Source of the DNA: Eledone cirrhosa
Taxonomy: Eukaryota
NCBI GenBank assembly: GCA_964016885.1
Contig: OZ024747.1
Span: 26,102,001-26,166,000 of the forward strand
Direction of reading: 5' to 3'
Length of the DNA: 64,000 nt
The stretch's first letter is position 1. Each line of letters starts with the position of its first letter. The notes under the pieces were generated by a model that was given only the letters and a program-made list of their open reading frames with translations, made no database searches and was not told where the DNA came from. The translations under genes were made by a program, and so were the position numbers. Positions 37,436 to 50,061 of the stretch are shown piece after piece.

Positions 37436-37438
<3 letters not shown>
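37288..37438 (+). mobile_element. SINE family A (internally deleted)
   Basis: GGTGGATTGGCAGTATCGGTAGAGGGTCGGACG...GAGTTCAAATCC...AAAAGTAGAAACAATT. Confidence 0.85.
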
Positions 37439-37504
<66 letters not shown>

Positions 37505-37764
37505 AAAAGAGCTCAAGCCGTTTCGTATTGAGTACTCTGGTGCGTTATGGTCCATCTGGTTCCTTCCCATACTTTCGTCGTTATGTCTCGCTCGCTTTAC
37601 GCGATTTACTTGTCCCAATAGCTTTATTTAGCTATTGCTCGCACCAACTGGAGGTATATGATTTTTAAAGCGATGAAATACCAATTAAGGTTGGAAAATC
37701 ACTGATGAAGGACTATTTTTATCATATGTAACCCATGTGCAACCACGCAGTATTCATTCTTCTC

Positions 37765-37799
<35 letters not shown>

Positions 37800-37801
<2 letters not shown>

Positions 37802-38000
37802 CAAGATGGATACAGTAAAAACACTGTCTTGACCATTACTCACCAGAGTACTCGATACTTGGAGTAGTAGAGTATGGATATATGAAAGAGTTGGGACCCC
37901 CACAGCTGAGCTCTTGCCATTTCAACAGCTAGATCCAGACTGAATCGCTGATGCGTTGGCGCTGGCAAAAACGATTTCATCATGTGTCTAATATCCTAAC
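37800..38000 (-). mobile_element. Repeat family H8 carrying a decayed hammerhead-like fold; other copies near 6225-6280 (-), 14667-14690, 24440-24500, 58100-58230
   Basis: Shared TAGCTGTTGAAA-CGGC-nnGAGCTCA-GCCG-TC-GGGGTCC; downstream CCAAGTATCGAGTACTCTG is shared with the 58.1-kb copy. Confidence 0.65.
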
Positions 38001-38400
38001 CACATGGTCAATGGTTTTCACAACTGGCGATAATAGATAGATCCTTTGCTGGTGAAGAATGTCCACAGTTGGGCAGGATGGACGAAATGGAGAATTACAA
38101 AAACAAAATATTTTCAAAAAGAAAACAAGGAAAACACAGTGGGGAAGAAGGAGGCAAGTGAAAATTAATGGCCAGTCGACGTGGTTCTGACCATAATGGT
38201 CTCCTATTTATTGATGTGTGTATTTACTAATCCAGACAGGTGTAGCTAACTGATGTATCACTGTACAGCCATCCATACATACATATATACATATGTATGT
38301 GTGTAGGAATATGTATATACATACAAACATACAATATGTATACAAACATACATCTCTCTCCGTCTCTCTCTCTCTATATATATATATATGTATGTATGTG

Positions 38401-39088
<688 letters not shown>

Positions 39089-39369
39089 TACATATATATA
39101 CATACATACATACACACATTATATATATAGAGATATATATATATATACATACACATATATTATATATGTGTGTGTATGTTACACACATATATACACACAT
39201 ACTCTCACACTCACATATATAAATATATATATGACATTCGCGCATGTCTTGACAATTTCCCTCTGCTTCACTTTTCCCATTTTTTAAACTAAAAAAAAAT
39301 GTGGTGGTAGTGTGGTGAGGTGGAGAAGTGGGCAGGGGAGGAACAGTCATTAATTATTGTACATTACAA

Positions 39370-39565
39370 GGGCGGTGGATTGGCAGTATCGGTAGAGGGT
39401 GTTACACCATGCTTTGCAGCATAGAGTTACGGCCCTTTACTGTCTGAGTTCAAATCCCGCCGAGGTTAACTTTGCCGTTCATACTTACGGGGTCGATAAA
39501 ATAAAGTACCAGTAATGCACTGGAATAATTGCTGGCCTTGTGCCAAAAGTAGAAACAATTATTGT
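39370..39565 (+). mobile_element. SINE family A, full length
   Basis: A box TGGCAGTATCGG, B box GAGTTCAAATCCC, short-tail variant; ATTATTGTA on both flanks. Confidence 0.92.
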
Positions 39566-39661
39566 ATTTCGTTTTACTAGTTGACTCCGTTGAAATTCCA
39601 TGATACTCTCGTAAGGAGGGAGCCCCGTGATGTGGAGTGGCTGTTGCAGTGTGTGTGTGCT

Positions 39662-39717
<56 letters not shown>

Positions 39718-40554
39718 TGTCTGTGTGTCTTTCGTTCTTAGGTAAATAGCTTTTAGCGATGTAATGCAGCGGTCTGCCACTTAATATGAAGACAACACAA
39801 ACACGTGTAGTATTCAAATTTAAACTGACCCGGGCGCCGGTCACCTATCTGTTCGGACCATTCTTCATTAATATTTTTACGGCTTTTTTATTTTTATTTT
39901 ATTTATTTTATATTTTCCACTCAACACAACGTTCCACAGGGTATTGCTCGAAAGTCCCCTAATTTGGGGCTCACGCAACTCCCTCTTTTTCTACAACCCC
40001 TTCTTTTCTCACTCACTTTCTCCCGCTCTCGTCCCTCACTCTCTCCTTGCTATTGCTTAGTAGTATGGGATTACTGAAGCAGAGCACAAAATCATTCTAT
40101 ATATCTATATCTACAACTATCGGAAGAACAAATCACTATCATAGGCCATTGACTTCTATGTTAATCGATGATTAAAATCTTTATGGTCGGTCATCGACCT
40201 TGAAACAACCCATGTCATGTGAAATACTTATTCGGATGATTCATCTTTCTAATAAGACAGACATCTCGTGGAGAGCCATTTGTGTTTGATTCAGAAAAGA
40301 TCCACATCAATTCATGTAAATCTATAGTTCTCATTAAATTCCATGTGACATGACATTGAAATAAATACAGTTAATTAGTACACATATGTATATGGTTCAA
40401 TAAAAAAAATTCTCTGTCGACTTTATACCCACTTTATCCTCTCTTTCGGTGACTTTCTTTTTAAATAACCCAAACACGCGCGCGCGCACACACATACACA
40501 CACACACATTCACACACACACACACACACACATATAATATTATGATTTTAACCT

Positions 40555-42125
40555 GTTGATGTTTAAATTCCAACGAGAGAGTCTTGTATCTATGTTAGAA
40601 ACTGACTCTCTCTCTCTCTACTGGTAAAAAAGTATAAAATTATAAAACCAGAAGAACATACGTACATACATACATACATACATACATACATACATACATA
40701 CATACATACATACATGGAACAGTAAAAATATGTAAAACATTCCAAAAATTGTGCATCTAATAATTGCATATACACATGTACAGATACAAAGCATATACAC
40801 ATGCACACATACAACTCAAAACACACATCTACACATACAATAACATCCATATCTACACATGCATGCATACATACATAATCTACCTAGTTGATGTTGTGTA
40901 AATTCCAATGAGAGAGTCTTGTGTCTATGTTAGAAACCGACTCTCGAGCAAGTCTATCTGCATGAAACAGATAAGATCATGAGAGTTGGGAAGGAACTCC
41001 TTGAGAGATATTCCCTATATGATAATCAAAAACTCACACCCAGGGATGTCGCTCAGCAGTATCGCAGTGAATCCATGAATGAAAAACTGCATGCCTATCA
41101 GCAAAAAATCATGCATGGATATGTTGCCGGGAAGCTCCAGAGTGAGAGTAATATAGATAAGGAAAGTAGTCTATCTTGGACCAACAACCGCTATATTGGC
41201 TCCCACTTTGAAGGATACGCTTTTGCAATCCAAGAACAGGAGATAAGCACGAAATACCTGATTCACAAAAGAGATAGGGATGCAGGCAAAACACCTAGAT
41301 GTGATAACAAGTGCAGACTCTGCAGAACTAACATCGAGGATATCACCCATGTCATCAGCAGCTGCCCAAAGATGTCATCGCGGTACTATCTACCTATGAG
41401 GCATAATGTAGTGGCCAAAACACTGTACAATGCAGTTCGTAAAAAAGATAGCTCCGATAATAAACACATTAAAAGCTACAACAATGTGGAAGACATCTAT
41501 GTACATAATATGAAAGAGTACTGGTGGAATGTTCCAGTAAAAACCCCAATAAAATGCAGACATAACAGACCAGATATTATTATATGGGACAGGGAGAAGA
41601 AAACATGCACAGTAGTGGAAATTAGCTGCTCAGCAGATGCCAATATAATATCAAAGATTAGTGAAAAGGAGAATATTTATGCAGAACTGATGAGAAATCT
41701 GCAGATACTCCACCCTGATTACACCTTCAGATTTATGCCTGTGATTATTGGGGCACTGGGTAACTGCCTCAATACAAATCTTGAGAAGCTAGGCTTCACA
41801 GGAACAGAAAGAACACAACTAGTTAGTTACAAGTACAATCCATTAATGGAACAGTAAAAATATGTAAAACATTCCAAAGATTTTGCATCTAATAATTGCA
41901 TATACACATGTCCAGATACAAAACATATACACATGCACACATACAACTCAAAATATACACATCCAGACATACAATAACATCCATATCTACACATGCATGC
42001 ATACATACATATCTACCTAGTTGATGTTGTGTAAATTCCAATGAGAGAGACTTGTGTCTATGTTAGAAACCGACTCTCTCTCTATTGGTAAAACTTTGTG
42101 AAATTATAAAACCAGAAGAACATAC
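40555..42125 (+). mobile_element. Three tandem 5'-truncated copies of an R4/Dong-like RLE LINE in (CATA)n
   Basis: 3'UTR GTTGATGTT..AAATTCCAA.GAGAGA..TGTTAGAAAC.GACTCTC occurs at about 40555, 40887 and 42020. Terminus AATTATAAAACCAGAAGAACATAC + (CATA)n at about 40655 and 42125. Confidence 0.88.
40979..41857 (+). pseudogene. C-terminal part of R4/Dong-like ORF: CCHC finger + restriction-like endonuclease
   Basis: FAIQEQEISTK, CRLC...EDITHVISSC, RHN, HNRPDIIIWD...VVEISC, KENIYAEL, PVIIGALG; RT is absent (5' truncation). Confidence 0.92.
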
Positions 42126-42764
42126 AAACATACATACATACATACATACATACATACATACATACATACATACATACATACATACATACATACATACATA
42201 CATACATACATACATACATACATACATACATACAATTTGGTTACGTCGTTTGTTTGATTTCCGTCTTGAAATTCACAGATTCTTTTAGCAGCGTTTTTGT
42301 TCCTCCTTTCAAATTTGAAGTGTTAATATTGACCACAACCAATAATATTCAAATGCTGGTATTCAAATTACATTTTTCACAAAAGGTTAGACATTCACAC
42401 TTGTTTGCTGTGTAATGTTTCTTAGTCAGGTTTTTACCAAGATTCCTCTTCGTGTAAACCTGAAGATACTGGGGAACAATGTCAACTGCAGTATCCAGAG
42501 ATTAAGATATTTTGGGCAGACTCTCTGTATATTGAACGTGTATAGTGTATTTACTAATGTGTACCTGTATATATATGAGGGTATAGTGTACATATGTGTG
42601 GGTGCGTGCTCTGTCATTTGAATGTATATTTTATGTATATATATATATGTGTGTGTGTGTGTTCTAATCAGTATTACATATGTTCTAATACTTATTTCAA
42701 TTTTTTTATATTTGGAGATGTTTTAACATTTAACATTTACAATTCAATGTATATATGTATAATA

Positions 42765-42997
<233 letters not shown>

Positions 42998-43013
42998 GGG
43001 CGATCTATCTCAA

Positions 43014-43057
43014 AATTATTTTTGAAAAGCATTAGAAATGCGCAACCGGTAAAAACT
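43014..43057 (+). ncRNA. Decayed hammerhead H5 copy (U3-A8 core; GAAA changed to GCAA)
   Basis: TTT-TTGAAAA-GCATT(aga)AATGC-GCAA-CCGG-TA/AAA. Confidence 0.45.
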
Positions 43058-43164
43058 TAAAACCAAAACTGAATACTAACCAATACTTATTACTAATTTT
43101 TACTTATTCCTAATTAAACTATTTTTCACTGGGAACAATTTGTCAGCATTTTCTTTTCCTTTTA

Positions 43165-43218
<54 letters not shown>

Positions 43219-43247
43219 CATATATATATATGTATATATATATATAC

Positions 43248-43662
43248 ATATAGAATTCATAAGAATCAAAGCTATGTTCAAAGCATTTATTCACTTACAA
43301 TTGTTTCATCCAAACCTAGGCTTGGAAACTTCGGAGCATTTTTCAATGTTTGTACACATGATTGACCTCCTTTCCAACGCCAGAGACATACAGATACATA
43401 TGTATATATTGATGTACAGTGGAGTGACATATATTATATTATATTATATTATAATAATAATAATAATATAATATAATATATGCCACTCCACTGTACATCA
43501 ATATATACATATGTATCTGTATGTCTCTTGCGTTTGGAAAGGAGGTCAATCATGTGTACAAACATTGAAAAATGCTCCGAAGTCCCAAGCCTAGGTTTGG
43601 ATGAAACAATTGTAAGTGAATAAATGCTTTGAACATAGCTTTGATTCTTGTGAATTCTATAT
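43248..43662. repeat. Near-perfect ~410-bp palindrome (foldback) centred on an AT microsatellite
   Basis: Arm 43248-43450 is the reverse complement of about 43460-43662 with few mismatches. Confidence 0.95.
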
Positions 43663-43856
43663 AACTGCTGTGTAGAACAACTGATGTTATTACATTCAGC
43701 TATTTATCTTACTGGTAGTACATTACTGACCTTCACTGTTTAGGGTTTAAAATATATATAACAGTAAAAAGTTTTAGTATATACATAACCAGAAATAGTA
43801 TCCTTAATATTATATATACATATATATATATATACATACATACATATATATATCTA

Positions 43857-43940
<84 letters not shown>

Positions 43941-43951
43941 TATATATGTAT

Positions 43952-43982
<31 letters not shown>

Positions 43983-44275
43983 ATATATATATAATATATA
44001 TATACTGATAAGTTTTGGAAAGCCGCTACATTGCTTTGCTTTAGAAATACATAAATTGCAAAGGATGACGAATGAAACAAAACAAAACAAACTATTGTTT
44101 TACCCAGTGTATTTCAACATGATATTTCAAATATGAATCAAAAACGGTTCAAAACAAAAACGAACGATCAATGTGTTCTTTCCTAACTTGTCTATGTGAC
44201 TAAAATACGCATGCGTGGAGCCGTTTTAGTAGCATGTCTGCTTCGTGCATTTCTAATCTATTATTTATTTGTGCA

Positions 44276-44492
44276 GGGCGGTGGATTGGCAGTATCGGTA
44301 GACGATCGGACGCCATGCTTTGCAGCATAGAGTTACGGCCCTTCATGATCTGAGTTCAAATCCCGCCGACGTTAACTTTGTCTTTCATCCTTACGGGGTC
44401 GATAAAATAAAGCACCAGTAACGTACTGGGGTCGATTCAATTGACTTTCCCCTTCCACCAAAATCACTGGCCTTGTGCCTATACTAGAAATC
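44276..44492 (+). mobile_element. SINE family A, long-tail variant, full length
   Basis: A/B boxes; imperfect TSD TTATTTAT.TGTGC. Confidence 0.92.
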
Positions 44493-45241
44493 CTTATTTA
44501 TCTGTGCTTTCTTTTGGTTTTCGATAAACAATAATATATAATTTGTATGTGCGTATAATCTGTGTGTGTGTGTGTGTGGTTAGAATGTTTAAAGAAAGAA
44601 TCGCATGACAGGTTTTATGGGCAATGTCAATCGACGGGACACCCAAAAGTAGAACATGCAAGATAGTTGGATAAAATCGATAGTCTCGGACCCTATGGAA
44701 AGCGTGTCTGGGGACTCTGCATCCACGACCCACTCAGGAATATGTGGGCTCAACAAAAGAAGATTATATGGTGGCCCTGAGCAATAGGTAATTTTCCGAA
44801 AACTTTTCTGCTCCCACCTCCTAATCCTGTTCTAATCAACAAAAATACTGGGTGAGCACAATTTCAGCTCAATAGGATAACTGGTAGGCGACTCTCAAAC
44901 GCCTTGAAGTTGGAACATAGTATACGTAACGATTAATTCTGTTCAAAAGCGGTATACTGTTCCCTATCTCGACCATTTTCTTTTTTCTTAGAGAAATTGA
45001 TATAGACACATCCAGGCAACCCCATCAAATGTTTAAAAACGTTCTGAATCAAATTTACCAATAGTTAATTTGAAAAATTCCTGAAATAACATGAAAAACT
45101 TAAGAAATATTAGGTTTTCTTAATAAAGCACACTATAAGAGAACGTTAAGAGGAACGTATTTTTATTTACCACAATAATTTCTATAGAATCAAAAACATA
45201 ATGTGAACACTGAACACTGAATATCGAACATTATTTTTGCA

Positions 45242-45400
45242 CTGGTTGCCGAGGTTGACTTTGCCTTTCATCCTTACGGGGTCGATAAAATAAAGTACCA
45301 GTAATACACTGGGTAATTGCTGGCCTTGTGCCTAAAGTAGAAACAATTATTTTTGCACTGGGTAATTGCTGGCCTTGTGCCAAAAGTAAAAACAATTATT
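45242..45400 (+). mobile_element. 5'-truncated SINE family A with duplicated 3' tail
   Basis: ATTATTTTTGCA occurs three times (45230, 45346, 45395) around two SINE tails. Confidence 0.85.
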
Positions 45401-45409
45401 TTTGCATAA

Positions 45410-45790
45410 GAGAGTTGGGTATGTTTTATGGTTTTCGGTAACGATCTGTAAAACAAATTGTTTCTCAGTTTCATCTTTTGTGAGAATGTTATTGTAATCC
45501 TGAATGAGTTTGGCACCACTTTCTGCAACATCATTCACAAGTTTTTCAAGTCCACTTCTGTAACCAGGACCATCCTTCCATGTTCAAGGGTCTTTGGCGA
45601 CGAAATCGGTTCTGATAGAAAATCTCGTGAAGAAAGTTTTTGTACCAGGAGTTACAAAAGACGAAAACTCTCATGGTTGTAAAGGAAGAAAAGTCGCTTG
45701 GGTGCAGAATGTACCTCTTCAGTTGATTTGTTCACCTTTGTCTGCTTCCAGCATAACTTGAGCAATATTTGCCTTAACTTCGCTTTGCTC
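45410..45790 (-). pseudogene. DNA transposase C-terminal remnant (probably hAT/hATm-like)
   Basis: VNDVAESGAKLIQDYNNILTKDETEKQFVLQIVTENHKTYP resembles the VVND.AERGVKL...LTKDE.QKQ.LLQVVE.HR motif; the superfamily assignment is from memory. Confidence 0.55.
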
Positions 45791-46605
45791 TATTTGCTCT
45801 CCCTTTCTCATTGCTATCCTTGCTCTCCTTTTATCCTTGCTCGCCTTGCTCTCCTTTTCTCATTGAACTCCTTGCTCTCCTTTTCTCATTGCTCTGCTTG
45901 CTCTCCTTTTCTCATTGCACCCCTTTTCTCATTGCTCTCCTTTGCTCCCCGTTTCTACTTCCTCTCCTTGCTCTCCTTTTATCCTTGCTCTCTGTGCTCT
46001 CCTGTTCTCATTGCTCTCCTTGCTCTCCTTTTCTCATTGAACTCCTTGCTCTCCTTTTCTCATTGCTCTGCTTGCTCTCCTTTTCTCATTGCCCTTCTTT
46101 TACACCTTTCTCATTGCTCTTCTCATTGCACACCTTTTCTCATTGCTCTCCTTTGCTCCCCGTTTCTCCTTGCTCCCCTTGCTCTCCTTTTATCCTTGCT
46201 ATCCTTGCTCTTCTTTTCTCATTGAACTCCTTGCTCTCCTTGCTCTCCTTTGCTCTCTGTTTCTCCTTGCTCTCCTTTCTCTCCTTTTATCCTTGCTCTC
46301 CTTGCTGTCCTTTTCTCATTGCACTCCTTGCTCTCCTTGCTCTCCTTTTCTCATTGCTCCTTTTCTCATTGGTCTCCTTTTCTCCTTGCTCTCCTTGCTC
46401 TCCTTGCTCTCCTTTTATCCTTGCTCTCTGTGCTCTCCTTTTCTAATTGCTCTACTTGCTCTCCTTTTCTCATTGCTCTACTTGCTCTCCTTTTCTCATT
46501 GTTCTTCTTGCTCTCCTTTTATCCTTGCCCCTCTTTCTCATTGTTCTCCTTTGCTCTCCTTGCTCTCCTTGCTCTCCTTGCTCTCATTTTATCCTTGCTC
46601 TCCCT
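45785..46605. repeat. Pyrimidine-rich minisatellite built from TTGCTCTCC / TTTTCTCA units
   Basis: Direct sequence; higher-order duplication of ~70-bp blocks. Confidence 0.95.
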
Positions 46606-46694
46606 TTCACCTTATATCTATGTACTTATTTATATACAAATACAATGAGAAAAGGGGATCAAGGAGAAATATGAAAGCAAGGATAGAAAGAAGA

Positions 46695-46734
<40 letters not shown>

Positions 46735-46771
46735 TATATATATGTATATATATACATATCATATATATATA

Positions 46772-46842
<71 letters not shown>

Positions 46843-47048
46843 TTTCTGAATTTGTTTAGCAAGATTCTTTATCTGAAAACGTGTGTTGAAACCGATATTG
46901 TTATACTTTGGGAGGGTCATGTTGCCAATAATAAACACACGCACCAGTTGCTTTCACTTCAATTTATTATAATAAATTTATAAATTTAGGAATTTATAAA
47001 TTTCCGGTTGGTTGGTTGGTTCCACAACCAGATGGTTGTTTATATATT

Positions 47049-47091
47049 GTCAAAGTTCTTTTGTCACACATTCTGTGACCTCTTCAGTGAC
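47049..47091 (-). ncRNA. Penelope-associated minimal hammerhead, probably inactivated (GAAA changed to AAAA)
   Basis: GTCA-CTGAAGA-G-GTCACA(gaatg)TGTGAC-AAAA-GAAC-TT/TGAC. Confidence 0.7.
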
Positions 47092-47292
47092 TGGGGATTC
47101 TTTTTTTTGTTTTTGTGCCTCTCCTTTGTTCTGTCCTACGCCATCTTGTTTCTGTGTGTGTGTTGTGTGCTCAGTCTGCGCATGCGCCACATCCGGGTGC
47201 CTGTGTGTGTTTATATTCGTTTATTTATTTGTTTATTTACATGTTACTGGTTGGTTGTTTGTTCTATGTGCGTGTGTGTTTTCATTTTGTCC

Positions 47293-47820
47293 TTAATTGT
47301 AAGTTGTGATGTTGCTGTTCCACTCATGTTTTCTATTTAATTTTGGTTGTATTTCTTTTATCTTTATTGCCTCTGTGATCTGTCTAAACATTGCGTCTTT
47401 TCTGTGTATAGATTCTATTTTTATTTCTATGTTCTCTAATTTACCCTTATGTTCTATTTTAGCATGTTGGTAGAGTACAGATGATTCTTTACTATCTTGA
47501 AGGTCTCGCCAGTGTTAATTTATCCGTTCCCTACACTACGAGCTGTCTCACCTATGTACACTATATTTTTATCTCTACATTGTCCTTCAGTACATCTTAT
47601 GCTATATACTACATTTCTAGTTTTACAGTTAATATGGGGGCTTAATTTACAGGTTATACATTTCTTATCTATACAGGGGGTCTTTGAAAAGGGTATGTCT
47701 TGCTAATAAGTGTTTTTATGGAGGTACCTGGTCTTTCTACTATCTTAATATTGAGTTTATGTTTATCTAGGGCCCTTCTAAATTTGTAAGCTAATTCACC
47801 AACAAATTAAATATCCCTTT
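47293..47820 (-). pseudogene. Penelope-like GIY-YIG endonuclease remnant (not in the ORF track)
   Basis: Manual translation: GELAYKFRRALDKHKLNIKIVERPGTSIKTLISKTYPF / CITC..NCKTRNVVYSIRC...YIGETARS / H....ESSVLYQHAKIEH....FRQITEAIKIKEIQPKLNRKHEWN; contains frameshifts and a stop. Confidence 0.88.
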
Positions 47821-47854
47821 GCTTATATATATATATATATAATTATATATTCGT

Positions 47855-48205
47855 GTACATATTTTCAACAGTAATACTGTACTATATATTTTCAACAGTA
47901 ATACTATACTATATATTTTCAACAGTAATACTATACTATATGTTTTCAACAGTAATACTGTACTATATATATTTAACTAATATTGTACTATATATTTTCA
48001 ACAGTAATACTGTACACTACTATATATTTTCAATAGTAAAACTGTAATATACTATATATTTTCAACAGTAATACTGTACTATACTATATATTTTCAACAG
48101 TAATACTATACTATATGTTTTCAACAGTAATACTATACTATATATTTTCAACAGTAATACTATACTATATATTTTCAATAGTAATACAGTAATACTATAC
48201 TACAC
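47855..48205. repeat. Minisatellite with ~27-bp unit CTATATATTTTCAACAGTAATACTATA
   Basis: About 12 imperfect tandem units. Confidence 0.95.
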
Positions 48206-48241
48206 AGACGGTACGTCAGCTATATATATATATATATATAG

Positions 48242-48289
<48 letters not shown>

Positions 48290-48407
48290 TTATATATAAA
48301 TTTATATATAAATTTAAATATTTTTTTCAGGGTATTTCATTTCATTTGAGTTTGAGTCCATGCTCAGGCCAAGCCTCAATATTTATTTATAAAACTAATC
48401 TGTATTG

Positions 48408-48467
48408 TATTTTATCTGATGAAAGCGTACCATAATTGGTGACCCTTGAAATATGTATAATAAAATA
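48408..48467 (+). ncRNA. Type I hammerhead (related to H7), partly decayed stems
   Basis: TATTTTAT-CTGATGA-AAG..TACCA(taat)TGGTG..CTT-GAAA-TATGTA-TA/ATAAAATA; perfect 8-bp stem I. Confidence 0.68.
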
Positions 48468-48508
48468 AATATGGTTTTATAAATATAGTTTCCATTTGTT
48501 GTTAATAT

Positions 48509-48579
<71 letters not shown>

Positions 48580-48585
<6 letters not shown>

Positions 48586-49049
48586 AGATTTGAATGGATA
48601 CAGTTTAGTTGAAAGGAATTTATTGACACGTGTTTCTATAACAGTTACATAACCTAAAACAGCTGCTATCTACAAACTTTTAGTTATGCAGACATTCAAT
48701 ATTTCAATGTTATTATTTACTGTCATTTCATCAGAATAATATTACTGAGGACCTATTTAGTTTTTATAGAGAATATTAGGAGGGAGGGGTGAAGTTGTTA
48801 GAAGAATAGTTGAAGGAGTGGTTTTTCGATAGCAGTGAGAATTCTTGGTGGCATATATTAATAACCTTAAATTACCACACTAATAATGGAAAGATATGCT
48901 GATGAGAATAGGTACAAATATGCGATAATGAATGTGTCTAAAAACGTCCATAAGTATGTATATATATGTGAAAATGTATATAAATAAGTAAATATATATA
49001 TATGTTTGATGTGTATAGTTAGATGTAAGTGTATTCATGTATTAAAGTG

Positions 49050-49136
<87 letters not shown>

Positions 49137-49860
49137 GTATGTATATATGTGTATATGGATGTGTATGTATGTGTATGTGTGTACACATGGACTAGAGTAT
49201 GTATGTATATATGTGTGTGTCTATACGTGTGTATATAAAGATAAGTTGAGTATGAAAATGTATACACATGAGCGCGTATGTATGTACATGAATACATGTG
49301 TGTATATATATGTGTATGCATGTGTATATATATGTAAGTATGAATATGTGAATTGTGAGTATATGTATTTTGTAGAGGTGTGCAAATATATTTGTGTGTG
49401 AATGCGTGGGTGAAAGGATACGTACACTTGAAAGAAAAATTTAAGTCTGAATGTTAATTAAGTGCAAACACAAAACCAACCACGCATATCTTTACTATCT
49501 CTAATCCTTCTATAGATTTAGAAAAATAACCAATAATATATTCTATAAAAAATGTCAAAACAACAGATGGGAATCTAATTACTCACTGCCACCAAGAATT
49601 CTCACTGCTATCGAAAAACCACTCCTTCAACTATTCTTCTAACAACTTCACCCCTCCCTCCTAATATTCTCTATAAAAACTAAATAGGTCCTCAGTAATA
49701 TTATTCTGGTGAAATGACAGTAAATAATAACATTGAAATATTGAATGTCTGCATAACTAAAAGTTTGTAGATAGCAGCTGTTTTAGGTTATGTAACTGTT
49801 ATAGAAACACGTGTCAATAAATTCCTTTCAACTAAACTGTATCCATTCAAATCTTTCTAT
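48580..49860. repeat. ~275-bp near-perfect inverted repeat (48580-48853 / 49587-49860) around a microsatellite-rich spacer
   Basis: Arms are reverse complements; one difference noted is CTGATGA vs CTGGTGA. Confidence 0.95.
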
Positions 49861-49967
49861 TTTTCTCCGGATTACTTTTGGAACTACAACTGGAACCGTC
49901 GAGCAAACTCTACGTGAGCTGATAATCTACTGTGTGTAATATTTATATTACAACACAACGGAAAATA

Positions 49968-50061
<94 letters not shown>

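Larger units (their letters stand above)
46990..47822 (-). mobile_element. 5'-truncated Penelope-like element (GIY-YIG endonuclease + 3' region with hammerhead)
   Basis: See the coding remnant at 47293-47820 and the hammerhead at 47049-47091. Confidence 0.85.

Noticed and set aside
45698-46859. Leu/Ser/Cys/Pro-rich ORFs that look like membrane proteins
   Set aside because: A pyrimidine-rich minisatellite open in all three frames.
47855-48205. Regular ~27-bp repeats resembling a CRISPR array
   Set aside because: Units are directly tandem with no unique spacers; eukaryotic context and no cas genes.
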